A stretch of 64,000 bases of DNA from Eledone cirrhosa (GCA_964016885.1 OZ024756.1:39990001-40054000), one strand, 5' to 3'. Counted from the stretch's first letter, positions 26,833 through 41,933 are shown. The notes: generated by a model not told the origin, from the letters alone. Translations and numbers: made by a program.

Positions 26833-27026
26833 ATAGGAAAATGTTAGACCCCCGACGGTAGAGCTCAAGCCATTTCGACGGTTATTTCAGTCCAGAAATA
26901 GCCGTCGAAACGGCTTGAGCTCTGCCGTCGGGGTCTAACATTTTCCTATTACCCACTCTACTACACTAAGCATTGAGTACTCCTGGTGCGTTATGGTCCA
27001 CCTGGTTCCTTACCACACCTTCGTTA
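26833..27026. mobile_element. Family B fold-back element in (TA)n
   Basis: Hairpin 26833-26949, then the forward arm continues to the shared end CTTCGTT(TA)n. Confidence 0.75.
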
Positions 27027-27179
27027 TATATATATATAGGAAGTATTTCCGTAGTAAAGGAAAGAGAGTGCTCTATCTAGGCTACGCCTGTGCCAGGGTC
27101 GTCTGTCTTCGTGAAACCTTTGGTAAATGAAATAATTATCTTATGTTACAATACTATATATATATATATATATATATAT

Positions 27180-27368
27180 AACGAAGAAGTGTGGTAAGGA
27201 ACCAGGTGGACCATAAGGCATCAGAGTACTCGATACTTTGGGTAGTAGAGTGGGTAATGGGAAAATAGTCAGGACCCCCGATGGCAGAGCTCAAGCCGTT
27301 TCGACGTCCAGAAATAGCCGTCGAAACGGCCTGACCTCTGCCGTCGGGGGTCCTGACTTTTTTCTTAT
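27180..27368. mobile_element. Family B fold-back element in (TA)n
   Basis: Inverted arm plus forward arm starting GTCCAGAAATAGCCGTCGAAAC. Confidence 0.75.
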
Positions 27369-27815
27369 ATATATATATATGTGTGTATGTGTGTGTGTGT
27401 GTGTGTGTGTGTATTGGAAGGACCATGGGCTTTGCAATCTGGAGATTGTGAGTTTCTCGGAGCGGGTGATGCGTTGTGTCCTTGAGCAAGAAGACATTTT
27501 ATTTCACATTGATCCAGTTCACCTCAGGTGTAGAAATGAGTTTGACGAACGTCACTGGCTCCAAGGTGTATAGGCCATCGTCTTTTCCCTTGGACAACAT
27601 GGTGGAGTGGAGAGGAGAGACTGGTATACATGGGTGACTGTTGGTCTTCCACAAACAACCTTATATATATATAATATATATATATTTAAAAGTTTAAACA
27701 AGGTTCAATGAATAAATCAATATTAAGGTATATAAATATTGAGTTTTGTCATATATACTCACTACCAGGACTGAGTCTTAACCATCTACTATGTCAGGTA
27801 TGTCATGCATCATCT

Positions 27816-27882
27816 TATTTTATCTGATGAGGACGTACTGTTGAACTTAACTCAGTACCTCTGAAATATGTATAATAAAATA
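27816..27882 (+). ncRNA. Type I hammerhead ribozyme (divergent family A relative)
   Basis: Same stem I/III; different stem II GGA-C-GTACTG/CAGTAC-C-TCT that still pairs. Confidence 0.78.
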
Positions 27883-27922
27883 TACTTGATCACACGAATA
27901 TCTATTTTGTTAATATTTTGAA

Positions 27923-27966
<44 letters not shown>

Positions 27967-28541
27967 TATATATATATATAATTATATATATATATATATA
28001 TATATATAATTATATATATATAAACGGAAAAAATGAAACGAAATTTCATTTCCCACTCTTAGTACGGCTGTTACTTAAATTTAAGTATGTACACGTACAT
28101 ACATATATGTATACAGACGCACAGTAGTATGTATATATATATACATACATGCACACACATATATATATATGTACGTATGGATTCACCGAACATTTATTAT
28201 AGGTGTCTGTGTGTGTAAATAGAACATAGCTGCATATTAATAGCTATACATGTGTATTATCCATAAAGTGTAAAAAAAAGCTGTAAGATTATTATACCAT
28301 AATTAAAAATAAAAAAAAATGAGCTGCAGCAATAACAACAATAACAACAAACAACAACAACAATAGCAACAATAACAAAATATCCAGTAAAGGTGTAATG
28401 TCTGTTCTGTTGTATCTAGATAACTACCCAGGGTAGCTTGTATGCCGACAACATCAAAGCTAAATAAACAAACACAGACATAATGACACACAACCACTTA
28501 TACATATGTATATATATATATATATATATACATACAAAAAC

Positions 28542-28606
<65 letters not shown>

Positions 28607-29313
28607 AAATGAGAGTGTATATGTTGTATCTCTCTCAAATGGTCCGAAACGGTTCATCCTAGAGGAAAACGGTTTTCATTTTTGAAATCTGTGTCCAAAG
28701 GAGAATGTTCCAGCCATCCAGCTGAGGCCATGCTGGGGCACCGCCCTTGGAATACAGATATATACATACGTACATAAACAAATGTGACTCCACCACAAAA
28801 TCCTTAGCTATAACGTTTTCTGAATTTTCCTTGAATTTTTGCTCTTTTTCCTTTCATTTTCTTTTCATATACCGTGATGGTGGTGGCGGCGTCTGTGTTA
28901 GTAGTGGTAGTGGTGGTAGTAGTAGTGGTAGTGGTAGTAGTAGTAGTAATAGTGGTAGTGGTAGTGGTAGTGGTAGTGGTAGTGGTAGTAGTAGGAGTAG
29001 TAGTAGTAGTAGTAGACAAGTGGAAGTATAGGTCTAAGGCTCTTTTCAATAAATTGGGCACTTGAGACCGTCTGTGTTTAAGTAGACATTAAGATATCTC
29101 CTCCTCCTCCATCACACACATCACTACCACGTGTACTCTCTCCCCCGAGTAGGTGTAACGCCTGTCATATGAGTAGGTAACACACGCCAGCACCACAGAG
29201 GTGATTAAGATAAGGTAAAAGGATCAGTGGTGAACGCCACACTGTCTGGCTCCCTAATAAAAATATTTCTATTGAATCGCCAATTCTGTTGAAAAGCAGA
29301 TGAACTGATCCAT

Positions 29314-29645
29314 GGGTAGTTATTGATAAAACATTAGGGGGTAGTTATTGATACATTGTGGGTAGTTATTGATAAAACATTAGGGGGTAGTTATTGATAA
29401 AACATTAGGGGATAGTTATTGATAAAATATTAGGGGGTAGTTGTTGATAAAACATTAGGGGGTAGTTATTGATAAAAGATTAGTGGGTAGTTATTGATAA
29501 AACATTAGGGGGTAGTTATTGATAAAACATTATGGGATAGTTATTGATAAAATATTAGGGGGTAGTTATTGATAAAACATTAGGGGGTAGTTATTGATAC
29601 ATTGTGGGTAGTTATTGATAAAACATTAGGGGGCAGTTGGTGATA
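29314..29645. repeat. 25-bp minisatellite GGGTAGTTATTGATAAAACATTAGG
   Basis: About 13 tandem units. Confidence 0.95.
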
Positions 29646-29720
29646 CGACATTGAGATTTACTGGTCTTTAGAGATACAGAAGAAACGTGTGTAACGTTTT
29701 TCTTTGTTTCACGATCTTGA

Positions 29721-30080
29721 ATACAAGCGGCTGAAATGGGGTTCCTCGGAAGGGTCTTTGTAGTAACCTTACTCGATAGAGATCAGAGCCACTACCTTTC
29801 CGAATTGAGGGATCACTGCTCCGATACTATGGACATGTGGTTAGAAGGTGTCAGGAAAGAATTGCTGGACAGATTTTAAGAGCCAAACCAACAGGCAGGA
29901 GACCCAGGGGTAGAACTCTAGCAAGATGGTGGGATAACATCCATGAGTTTGCCTGGTCTCACTTGGAGATCCAACCAGATCAGTTGGAGGCGGTTGCTTC
30001 TGACAGGACCCACTGGAAGGAGTGTTTGAGGGCTCTGCCCCAAAACCCTCTCAGGAAGAAGTGAGAGAAGAAGAAGAAGA
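29721..30080 (+). mobile_element. RTE-clade LINE 3' fragment with (GAA)n tail
   Basis: IQAAEMGFL...LRYYGHVVR...PTGRRPRGR..RW.DNI. Confidence 0.8.
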
Positions 30081-30401
30081 TTGTTATCCAGTAGAAATAT
30101 ATATCTGTGGTAGATCAAAGATATATTTTAGTGATCCTATCAGAAATATATATATATATAATTACTTCCATCAAAACATAGGGTATATATGTATGTATGT
30201 ATGTATGTATGTGTATGCATGTATATGTGCATGTATGTATATGTGTATGCATGTATATGTGCATGTATGTATATGTGTATGCATGTATATGTGCATGCAT
30301 GTATGTATATCTACTAAAGTGGGTTTGTGTTTGTATATAAATAGTGAATTATTTACACGTGCAATATGCACGTGTATAAATGAATGTATTGATGCGCGTG
30401 T

Positions 30402-30432
<31 letters not shown>

Positions 30433-30448
30433 CACACATGTACTTTAT

Positions 30449-30485
<37 letters not shown>

Positions 30486-30724
30486 GGGGCATATACCAGC
30501 TGTATCGATCGAAATGCACTTCAGAAGTGGAGTGCTGGGGGTGGGGCGAGTTGGTGCATTATTTACACCAAACTCATCACCTCAACACAATGGCTTACCT
30601 CTTCTGTCAACACCTCTTTCTATTGACTCAACTCTCTACCTCTCTCTCTCTACTTCTCTATCTCTACCTCTACCTCTCTCTCTCTCTACTTCTCTCTCTC
30701 TCTCTCTACCTCTCTCTCTCTCTC

Positions 30725-30759
<35 letters not shown>

Positions 30760-30956
30760 CTCTCTCTCTCTCTCTCTCTCTCTACCTCTCTCTCTACCCC
30801 TCTCTCTCTACTTCTCTACCTCGACCTCTCTCGTGCACACACATGCACTCGTACACACACATACACTAACACACTGTCACACATGCTGACACTCACATAC
30901 ATATATTGGGACACACACACACAGGCGCACAGGCACACACACTGACACACACACAC

Positions 30957-31000
<44 letters not shown>

Positions 31001-31541
31001 GCATGTGTGTGTCAGTGTGTATAGACAAAGAGATATATTCATGCAAAGGTTGGAGTACACATGTATAAATATATACATACAGCCTACACCCGAAACCAAC
31101 TTAGATAAACTTGCTGATACAAGGATATAGGCTAGATCAAAGGGGAGATAATCTCCTCTAATATTTACTTTTATGTTTGTTGTTGTTATTGTTGTTTTAG
31201 TGTGTTCTTCATAGCTCGTTGGTTCCTAAGTATTTATATTTCTGTCGTTATCACCGTTTTTAAAATATCACCCTTGATAACCTAAATTGCTTTCCTACAA
31301 AACCCTATAGATACATATTTAGCCCAGATGTCTTCACTAAATTGCTGTTGTCTACCGTTTATAAGAGGCAGTTAAATAATTAGTGAAATTTAGTTTGTAG
31401 TTTGGTGTCATCTATACGAAGGTATCGATATTTTATTGATCCTATGTCTATGTACACATTAGTAAGTGAGGTCTGGGATCTTGTTGATCGATTCTTACAT
31501 CAAAGATATGTGTACAAGACAATCGGCCAAGAGTCTCAACC

Positions 31542-32022
31542 GTGGGACCAGAGTTGGAACTGGGAGGTTCTCGGTGGTGGGACCAGAGTTGGAACTAGGA
31601 GGTTCTCGGTGGTGGGACCAGAGTTGGAACTGGGAGGTTCTCGGTGGTGGGGCCAGAGTTGGAACTGGGAGGTTCTCGGTGGTGGGACCAGAGTTGGAAC
31701 TGGGAGGTTCTCGGTGGTGGGGCCAGAGTTGGAACTGGAGGTTCTCGGTGGTGGGGCCAGAGTTGGAACTAGGAGGTTCTCGGTGGTGGGACCAGAGATG
31801 GAACTGGGAGGTTCTCGGTGGTGGGGCCAGAGTTGGAACTGGAGATTCTCGGTGGTGGGGCCAGAGTTGGAACTGGGAGGTTCTCGGTGGTGGGGCCAGA
31901 GTTTGAACTAGGAGGTTCTCGGTGGTGGGGCCAGAGTTGGAACTGGGAGGTTCTCGGTGGTGGGGCCAGAGTTGGAACTAGGAGGTTGTCGGTGGTGGGA
32001 CCAGAGTTGGAACTAGGAGGTT
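31542..32022. repeat. 35-bp G-rich minisatellite
   Basis: GGTGGTGGG(A/G)CCAGAGTTGGAACT(A/G)GGAGGTTCTC, about 14 units. Confidence 0.95.
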
Positions 32023-33295
32023 GTAAGGTGAACTTCTTAGTAAATATCTCTGGTGTCCAACAAACGTGCAACTAACACCATTGCTTTGCTGCCTGGTAGA
32101 AACCAGCACTTGCCTTTATAGTCTTTACGTTTGTGGTGTGTGTAGTAGTGTGTCTGTGTGTCTATGTAGTAGTGTGTTTGCAGTTGTGTGAGTGTCCGTC
32201 TGTATCTGTGTAGTAGTGTGTGTGTTTGTGGTGTGTGTGTCTATGTAGTAGTGTGTTTGCAGTTGTGTGTGCTGGTGCAGTTGTGAGAGAGTGTGTGTGT
32301 GTCTGTCTCTGTGTTTGTCAATGTGTGTAATTAACTATATCACGTTCTCCTACTCTCACTCTCTCTCACACACATGCACACATCTCCCCACCACCACCAT
32401 CACCACACACACACACACACACATCTCCTCCCCACCACCACCACCACCACCACCACCACACATGTCCTCTCCACCATCATCACACACACACACACATCTC
32501 CTCCCCACCACCACCACCACCATCACCACACATCTCCCCACCACCATCACCACACACACACACACACACATCCCCCCACCACCACCACCACACATGTCCT
32601 CTCCACCATCATCACACACACACACACACACACACACATACATCTCCTCCCCACCACCACCACCACCAGACAATCTCCCCACCACCACGCACGTCCTCTC
32701 CACCACCACCCGCACCACCATCATCACCACACTGACGTTTATTGTGTCATGGCGGACTTTTCAGATCTTCTCCATTATTTGATGTCGGTCATTGCTCAAT
32801 TGAGTTAATACCACTCCAGTATTTACCATTCTTTACACGACCATCGCCCTCCCTAACACCACTTTTCAAGCCACAACAGTTCACTATATTTGGTCATTAG
32901 TTCGCCATATTTGGTCAGTTTTTAACGAGTTGAACATAATTTCAGTGTAATTAGTCGAGGAAGTAATTTTTACTTTGTTACAATTATATTGTGATTATTT
33001 GCAATATAGAGTTGTATCTGGTCTGTATTGCTTTCAACACAATATATATGTGTGTGTGTGTGCCTGTGTGTGTCAGTGTGTATCTGTGTGCCAATGTTTC
33101 AGTGTGTATGTGTGTGCCAATGTTTGTGTGTCGGTGTGTATGCCAGTGTATGTGTGTGTCAATGTGTGTATGTGTCAGTGTGTATGTATGTGCCAGTGTA
33201 TGTGTCTGTGTGTGTGCCAGTACACACATGTACACTGAAGCTATCACATACATAATATCAGACATATACACACACATATATACACATATACGCAT

Positions 33296-33340
<45 letters not shown>

Positions 33341-33349
33341 ATCCCTTTC

Positions 33350-33656
33350 CTGTTAGTCAACAGTCCAGTGAGAGTGGTCGCAGTTAAACATGGCGGATTA
33401 CGTCACTCCAAGTGATTTACTTACAAATTATATCACTTCAGAGTCACTTCAAAGGAACGGACAACAACAACAAGAACAACAAAGGCAGACGTCACTTTCC
33501 TCTCCTCTCACCACACAGATCCCTCTCCCCACGCCGCTTCATTTAGTCAATCACTGAAGTCAAACAATGGCCACCCTACCTCACAGCTGCAGTTAACACT
33601 GTCAGCATCAAATGAAGTCTTGGGAGGAATAAAAATGGGTTAATTAAAACATGTCT

Positions 33657-33716
<60 letters not shown>

Positions 33717-34030
33717 CTTCTCTCTCTCTCTCTCTCTCTCTCTCCCTCTCTCTCTCTCTTTCTCCTCTTTCTCACTCACTTTTTCTCTCTTTCTCCCTCG
33801 CTTTCCTCCCTCTCTTTCTCCCTCTCTCTGTCTGGCTCTCTCTTTTTCTCTTTCTTTCTCACTCTCTTTCTCGCTCTCTCTCTTTCTCACTCCTCTCTCT
33901 CTCTCCGCTCCTTACATTCACACATTTGATAACACACACACACACACGCACACACCACACACCACACACCACAACACTATATTATATACTCACACAATCA
34001 AAGGCACGCGCATGGTCCAATGACGTCAGC
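33350..34030. promoter_or_regulatory. Candidate CRE/AP-1/YY1 regulatory cluster
   Basis: TTAGTCA 33353 and 33543, AAACATGGCGG 33386, TTACGTCA 33398, GACGTCA 33488, CCAATGACGTCA 34017-34028. Confidence 0.35.
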
Positions 34031-34570
34031 TACGAAACTCCTTTATATTTTGTATTGTTTCTCGTTTTTGTTTTCTTGTCTCTGGTTATATGTTTGTTGT
34101 TGTTACTGTCTGTTGTTGTTGTTGTTACTGTTGTTGTTGTTGTTGTTACTGTTGTTGTTGTTGTTACTGTCTGTTGTTGTTGTTGTTGTTACTGTTGTTG
34201 TTGTTACTGTTTGTTGTTGTTGTTGTTACTGTTGTTGTATTGACACTGAATGAATGGCAACTTATGAGGTGCAATGGGATGGTCTTGTCATTTTTCTTTT
34301 GAGTATTGTGTCTGTAAATTAAAGGTGGAAAACTGGGAGAGGGCACTTGCCCCTGGTGGTCAGGGCCACTGTGGTCTTTTAATGGGCTTTCTCCACAAAT
34401 GTCCCTCGGAAGTCTCCCCCCTATTGGGGAATTTTTCTTTGTTATTTTATTTCATCCTCTGTTTTTTTTTACACGCAGAAATGCCCATTTGTACCGTCCT
34501 GTATTGTCCTTACTGTCCTTAATGTCTACTTTATGTAAACCCTTGTGGTTAATAAAGAAAACATTTTTCT

Positions 34571-34607
<37 letters not shown>

Positions 34608-34611
34608 GGGT

Positions 34612-34815
34612 GGTGGATTGGCAGTATTAGTAGAGCGTTTGACGCCATGCTTTGCAGCATAGAGTTACGGCCCTTTACGGTTTGAGTTCAAATTCCGCTG
34701 AGGTTAACTTTACCTTTCATCCTTACGGGTCGGTAAGATAAAGTACCAGCGAAATACTGGAGTCGATATAATCCACTTTTCCCTCTCAACCCCACAACAT
34801 TGTAGTCCTTGTGGC
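34612..34815 (+). mobile_element. tRNA-derived SINE
   Basis: Same head and central domain, alternative tail. Confidence 0.8.
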
Positions 34816-34919
34816 TAATTGAGAGGACTGAAGGCCAACACTTTCTTCTTTGGTCAAGCCCTCATTGACCTTTTCAAACTCCACTTAAAAAGTGAAGTTT
34901 ATAAAAGATGGGTCACATC

Positions 34920-34998
<79 letters not shown>

Positions 34999-35001
34999 TA
35001 G

Positions 35002-35127
35002 GTAATTCCGAAAGCAAAGGAAAAAAGAGTGCTCTATGTATAGAACAGAGCTATTTAATTAGAAAGTGAACAGAATATATAACTACTCCATTGGAGTAGT
35101 TATATATTCTGTTGTTCACTTTCTAAT
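35002..35127. mobile_element. Family C fold-back copy
   Basis: Hairpin 35058-35127 with apex at 35091; sequence matches the region downstream of the family C ribozyme. Confidence 0.7.
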
Positions 35128-35139
35128 ATATATATATAC

Positions 35140-35210
<71 letters not shown>

Positions 35211-35233
35211 CACATATATATACATACATACAT

Positions 35234-35312
35234 CAGGGTATCCGAAAAAACTGTATACACTTATTTATTAGTATGCTGTTGAAGTATGTATACATTTTTT
35301 GGGGACACCCTG
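35234..35312. mobile_element. ~79-bp Tc1/mariner-type MITE
   Basis: Imperfect TIRs CAGGGT(A/G)TCC..AAAAA.TGTATACA; truncated relative at ~13361-13410. Confidence 0.65.
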
Positions 35313-35407
35313 CATATATATATGTGTGTGTTATGTGTTATGTGTGTGTTGAGGGGGGATTGACAGCAAATGTTGAATCGTTTGGGGATCTTTCTCATAC
35401 TTTACGT

Positions 35408-35438
<31 letters not shown>

Positions 35439-36097
35439 AATATATATACACACATTCATACAAACATCATGCTTCCCCATGCATCATGCTACATTTGTGT
35501 GTATGTGTATTTATGTGTGTGTTTGTATGTGTACGTGTGTGTTCGTGTGTTTGTATGTGTATTTATATGTACGTTTGTGTGTGTGTATGTGTATTCATGT
35601 GTACGTGTGTGTGTGTGTGTGTATTTATATGTAAGTGTGTGTGTGTGTATGTGTATTTATGTGTACGTGTGTGTTTATATGTAAGTGTGTGTGTATGTGT
35701 ATTTATATGTAAGTGTGTGTGTGTATGTGTATTTATATGTACGTGTGTGTGTGTATGTGTATTTATATGTACGTGTGTGTGTATATCTATCAGTTATTTC
35801 AATTTAGTGCTTTTTACATGTTTGTCTTTTCCCACATTCCTAGACAGAAAAGCAAGAATGATTTTATTGGAAAGATTTCAAAACAAACTGAGCCAGCAAA
35901 GTTTTTACTATTTAGAAAACCGTGGGACGGGATAGGGGGTGGGGTGGGCTGTGGTGATGGGAAGATGGGGTGTGGTGGGGCATAACCAGCAGGGATTTGA
36001 CACCACAGAGAAGAGTGGGGGATGTTTTAACATTTATTTTTGTACACGTTTCTTTGTGTAGATGTATTTACGTATACATATATACATACACACACAT

Positions 36098-36171
<74 letters not shown>

Positions 36172-36493
36172 TGAAAGTATAGAAATTATTGTGAGCGTGA
36201 AGCCAGCAGTATTTCATAATATATATAAGTGACTATAACGTCAAAATGGAAAATAATTAACGTAAGATGTGGGAAAATAATTCAAACTCAATTTTAAAAA
36301 AATGTATACATATATATATATATGTGTGTATGTATATATATGTGTGTGTGTGTATGTATATGCGTGTGTGTGTGTACACATGTTTGTAGGTAGATAGATA
36401 TAACGTGACGTACGTACGTTTATTATACAGAAACATATTGTATATACTTCAATGTACACCTCTATTATGAATCACTCTGTGTTAGTACCAACG

Positions 36494-36572
<79 letters not shown>

Positions 36573-36574
36573 TA

Positions 36575-36920
36575 CATGCCAATGCCTAGATATAGTCGGG
36601 GTTTCCTCAACAAAGGTCCGTGGCTCTGGTACTCTAGATTTGGAATAAAGGAAACTCCACTATTCAAGTGTGGTGCCAGAAATGACGACACATGCGGGAG
36701 TGGGGATAGTCACAAGCCCCTTGATGTCAGAATGTGTTATGGACTGGACCCCGTTAGGAGGGAGGATTTGCCTCTTGAGGTTTAGGCTGAAAGATCTCTG
36801 TGCGTGGTGCAAGTTTATGCACCAAACAAGGTGTCCGAATGCAGATCTTTCTTTGATAAAGTTGATAAAGTCACTCCAAGCATTGACTGAGTTATATATT
36901 CTGATGCGAAACTGAAACAC
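36575..36920 (+). mobile_element. Degenerate LINE AP-endonuclease fragment
   Basis: THAGVGIV...WTPLGGRICLLRFRLK...QVYAP-like motifs with frameshifts. Confidence 0.55.
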
Positions 36921-37401
36921 TCGTCCTCTCAAGGAAGCCTGTGCAGTGCACACTGTGAAGTTCCACTGAAGCAGGTAGAGAAGTTCAAGTATCAAAAATA
37001 CAACCAAATGTCACAGAACTCCAGAGTATTCAGCCGTTGAGATGGACTTTGGAGGTTTGGGCCCCTACTCTCGTGTTATAAAAATACAATATCTTTTCCC
37101 TGACATCACATAAATTTCTGCGTGTACATCTCATAGCTTAATTGCTCAATGGACAGCATTTTGGCTTGTGTCAGACGCTGTGACCCCGATTGGACCAGCA
37201 GTACCTTTGGTAGAGGTCGAAACTGCCTAAGTCCATCTCAACGGACCCTGGAGTTTTGTCTTTCGTTTGTATTTTTATTTTATTTTTGTTTTTTTAAGGT
37301 TTTTCCCTTCAAGAAATTGTTTCTCGTTTTGCCTTGTTTTTGTTTGTTGTCTTGTCCTTTCTTTGTTAATTATTCTAAATTTATTATTTCTAATCTCAAT
37401 G

Positions 37402-37468
<67 letters not shown>

Positions 37469-37557
37469 CATTCTTTTGAGTGCGGTGTATCGTGGTTGGT
37501 CTAGGTTTTCTTTTAAATTTTTAATTTACTATGATTTTGTTATTGGGTGCGGTTGTG

Positions 37558-37715
<158 letters not shown>

Positions 37716-38383
37716 TTGCCTGTTTACGTGTGAGCGTATATATGTATATGTATACACATGCCTGTTTACGTGTGAGAGTATATATATATATGTGTGTAAA
37801 TAAGAAAGAACATTTACATAAGTCAAGAGAAAGACAACCTTCATATTGTGTATTGAATTCTCAGTAAAAGTTCAAAGCAACGTTGACCTTTCAGATAAAA
37901 CTAAGACAGTCCTCTTCACCTCTGCCACTGCTTGAATGTCATGTTTAACTTTCAGCTAATGTTCCATTAAAAATAAAAACGAAAAACGAAGCTAAACAAT
38001 ACAATTCTATTTTTTTCTCTATGACATAATCAATTCCATTCTCTGTTTATTTCACCCCCCCCCCCCCTTCTCTCCCCTTCTCCCACCCCCTTCTCTCCTC
38101 TTCTCCCACCCCTTCTCCCTCGTTGTTTTATATAACAGAGTTGTTACGTTGTTGTATTTTTTTCTGTTCAATCGTTTGCTTTTTGTGTTTCTTTCTGGGA
38201 TCAAATCCATTTTCTGTCAACTTTGACTTTCTCTAAACTTCCTGGGTCGATAAAGTAAAAATACGAATCAATAATTGAGATCGATACCTCTGACTATAAC
38301 TAGTTATTGCAGAAAATACTTCATACGACGAATATTTCATAAGGAAAGCTTTGTTCATTTCAGCTTTTTCTAAGATATAACAG

Positions 38384-38445
<62 letters not shown>

Positions 38446-38496
38446 AGTTATATATATATATACATATCATCGTTTAACGTCCCTCTTCCACACTAG

Positions 38497-38527
<31 letters not shown>

Positions 38528-39115
38528 ACAAGTTTGGTAGAAATATCGAAGGTTAACAGCTCTCAGCATTCCTACATCTCTAATTGTAAACCATCCAAAC
38601 TGCTCGACAAACCACACGGACAAAGGAAACAAGAATTACGTAAGATTAACTCTGCCGAGATTTGAACTTGGAGTTAGGAAACTCTAAATAGTAAAGATAA
38701 GAACAGATCTGACTGGCCACAGCCTCCTCAGTTACTCAACAACAGTCAAATTAGGAGAAGACAGTAATCTAGATTTAGGGTATCTTCACATCAGTGTACC
38801 CCTGCCTCATCCCACTAGTGAAGGTGTGTGGATGGAGATATCAGCGATTGGGATGGGAAGGAGATATGACGGGGGGAGAGGATTCATCATAAAGGGGTCA
38901 CTTATTTTCATAGGGTTTGTTATTTTTGTTGTTGTTGTTGTTGATGATAAAATTACTACTTATCGGGTTCTTTTTTCATTTCTCTCTACCACCATCTCCC
39001 CCCCCCCTTCTACTCTCTATATCAGTCCGTATGTGTATATGAACGTGTATGTGTATGCCTGCGTATCTATATGTGTATGTGTTAATGTATATTTGTGTAT
39101 GTATATGTATGTATG

Positions 39116-39149
<34 letters not shown>

Positions 39150-40617
39150 TGTATGTAGTATTGGACCCGCACCGTCAAAATTGACGCCGATTCACATGTA
39201 TATTATGTCATACATATACTTGACTTCTGCTAAAACTTCTTATGACGTGGGTGCAAGGTCCAGTCGGTACTTTGTTCCGGGACCCAAGAGCTAAGAAGGT
39301 CCCACAGCAACCATGCAGCAACCATTTTGAGAAAAAAATTTGCCTCCTTCGGACCCCAAAGGGGTCTTGTACCGCCTTGCAAATTTCTCTTAGAGGCCTG
39401 TTTTATTGTGAGCGGAGTGTATGTATGTATGTATATATGTATGTATGTATGTATGTATATATGTATGTATGTATGGGAGTGAAGGACTCCTACATGGATA
39501 TAAAGTAGTGGCCGTACTCGAAAACGAGTTGGCAGCCACCATATATGTATGTATGCATGCATACATTGATTATAGCGGAAGAACTAGTCCTCAAAATATC
39601 TTGTAGTTTATAAATAACTAATTTATCTACCGATAGTTTTTGTGTTGATACTCGGAGTTTCCAGACGTGAACGCTTCCTCAGATAACAAACGTTTTATGT
39701 AGCGGAAAAGTCAACAAACTGTAAAATTCAAGATGTCCTAGACAACATAAACACCATTGATTGGATCGAGAAAACGTGTGATTAACGTTTGATTAACAAG
39801 CCAGATTAACAACGATATATTGATAAATAAATAAATATAATAGATGGTGTGAAAAGGGCGACACCCTAAAATTTATCATTCATTGCATGTCTTGATAATG
39901 TAACCTGGCGGTTTATCATACGTATCAGCAGCAGCAACAACACCGCCACCAACAATACCACCAACAGCAACAACACCACTACCGCCATCTTCTCTTGTTG
40001 TCTGCACACATGCTGAACCTCGCAATGAACCAAGATTTGCAAGGTCTACTGTTACTGTTTTATTGAATGGATCAACTTACATTACAGATATGCAAAGATC
40101 TCTCCCCTATTTCACGTGAGATTTTATAAAGTTGGTGCAATGAACCAAGATTGAGAACAATCCTGTTTAAATTTTAAATTAAGATTTATTTAAATTTAAA
40201 TTTATTTATATTTGGGGACGGTCATGTTGTCCTAATATTGCCAGAATAAAATAGGAAAGCGTATTCACCGTTTGGTCTGGTTCTCGCTTCAGTATATTTT
40301 TATATTTCTATAAATAATTTAGCTGGTAATCAATGTTTATCATTGATTGACCAACAGTTAAAAATAGCAATATAAATATAGTTTCTCAAAATTCTTTCGT
40401 CACACATATCTGTGACATCTCCAATATATCGCCGCTAAATTTATGTAGATTTAGGTTTAAATTTCCTAACTGTATATTATATTTATGGTCGGTTTTAACA
40501 CCTGAACTCTTTTGCAATCAAACGTTTATACACTTATCTCATAACACTAAACTTTAATAGAGGACTTTATTAAGGTATCACATGTCTACACCACATATGG
40601 TAACATTGAGTCCGCTC

Positions 40618-40758
40618 AAGCAACATAGAGTTATGGCCCTTTACGTTCTGAGTTCAAATCCCGCCGAGATTAGTTTTGCGGGGTCGATAAAATAAAGTAG
40701 CAGTAATACACTGGAGTAATTCCTGGCCTTGTGCCAAAAGTAGAAACAATTATTATTA
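40618..40758 (+). mobile_element. tRNA-derived SINE, partial
   Basis: B box and tail; internal deletion. Confidence 0.75.
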
Positions 40759-41317
40759 CAAATGAATTGTTGTTGTGGTGGTTATTGTTGTTCTTGTTGT
40801 TGTTGTTACAGTTGTTGTTGTAGGTGCTGTCTAAACGAATGTTTCAAACCACGCCACCATTCCACCACCACCACCCCCTCCACCTCCTCCCCTCCCTCGC
40901 CACCTCCTCCTCTCCTTCAGTAATTTTTCAATCTCTATAAATAAACCAGGGAGACATTCCAGTGAATGAAACAGGCCCCGGGGGTGGGGGAAAGATAAGA
41001 GGGGAGGAGGAGGGAGATCTCCAGATGTGTAAGTGTAGGGTGGTGGTGGTGGTGTTGGTGGATTGTAGTGGTGGTGGTGATAGTGGTGACAGTGGTGGTG
41101 GTGGTGGTGACGGTGGTGGTGATGGTGGTGGTGGTGGTAGTAGTGGTGGTGGTGGTGACGATGGTGGTGGTGGTGGTGGTTATTTATAGTAAGAGGAGGT
41201 TAGAATGGTGATAGAGTTCAGTGATGGCGTTGACAAGCACACATACACACACATATATATATATATACATACACACATATATACATACACACATATATAC
41301 ATACACACATATATACA

Positions 41318-41371
<54 letters not shown>

Positions 41372-41773
41372 TACATACTTACATATATACGTACATACAT
41401 ACACACATATATATATACATATAATACATACATATGTATACATACATATACATACACCCATACATATATGCATGCATGCATACATAATCATATACATGTG
41501 CATGTGTATGTATGTGTATTTGAGTACATAAACGTGTGTGTGTCTGTGTGTGTGTACATATGTATGTGTGTGTATGTATGTGTGTATGCATGTGTGTGTG
41601 TGTGTGACCATCCCCCCCGGTGGATGAAACAAAGAATGTTCTGTAAGACCAACCCCTCCAATACAATCTATATTATCAACAGATTAAATCTATTAATATA
41701 TTGGAGGGCTGGGGCCTTTGATACAGACACACAGACACACAGACACACACACAGACACACACACACACACACA

Positions 41774-41820
<47 letters not shown>

Positions 41821-41821
41821 C

Positions 41822-41852
<31 letters not shown>

Positions 41853-41933
41853 ACACACACACACACACACACATACACACACACGCATACACAGACACAG
41901 ACGCACACACGCAGACACACACACACATACAGA

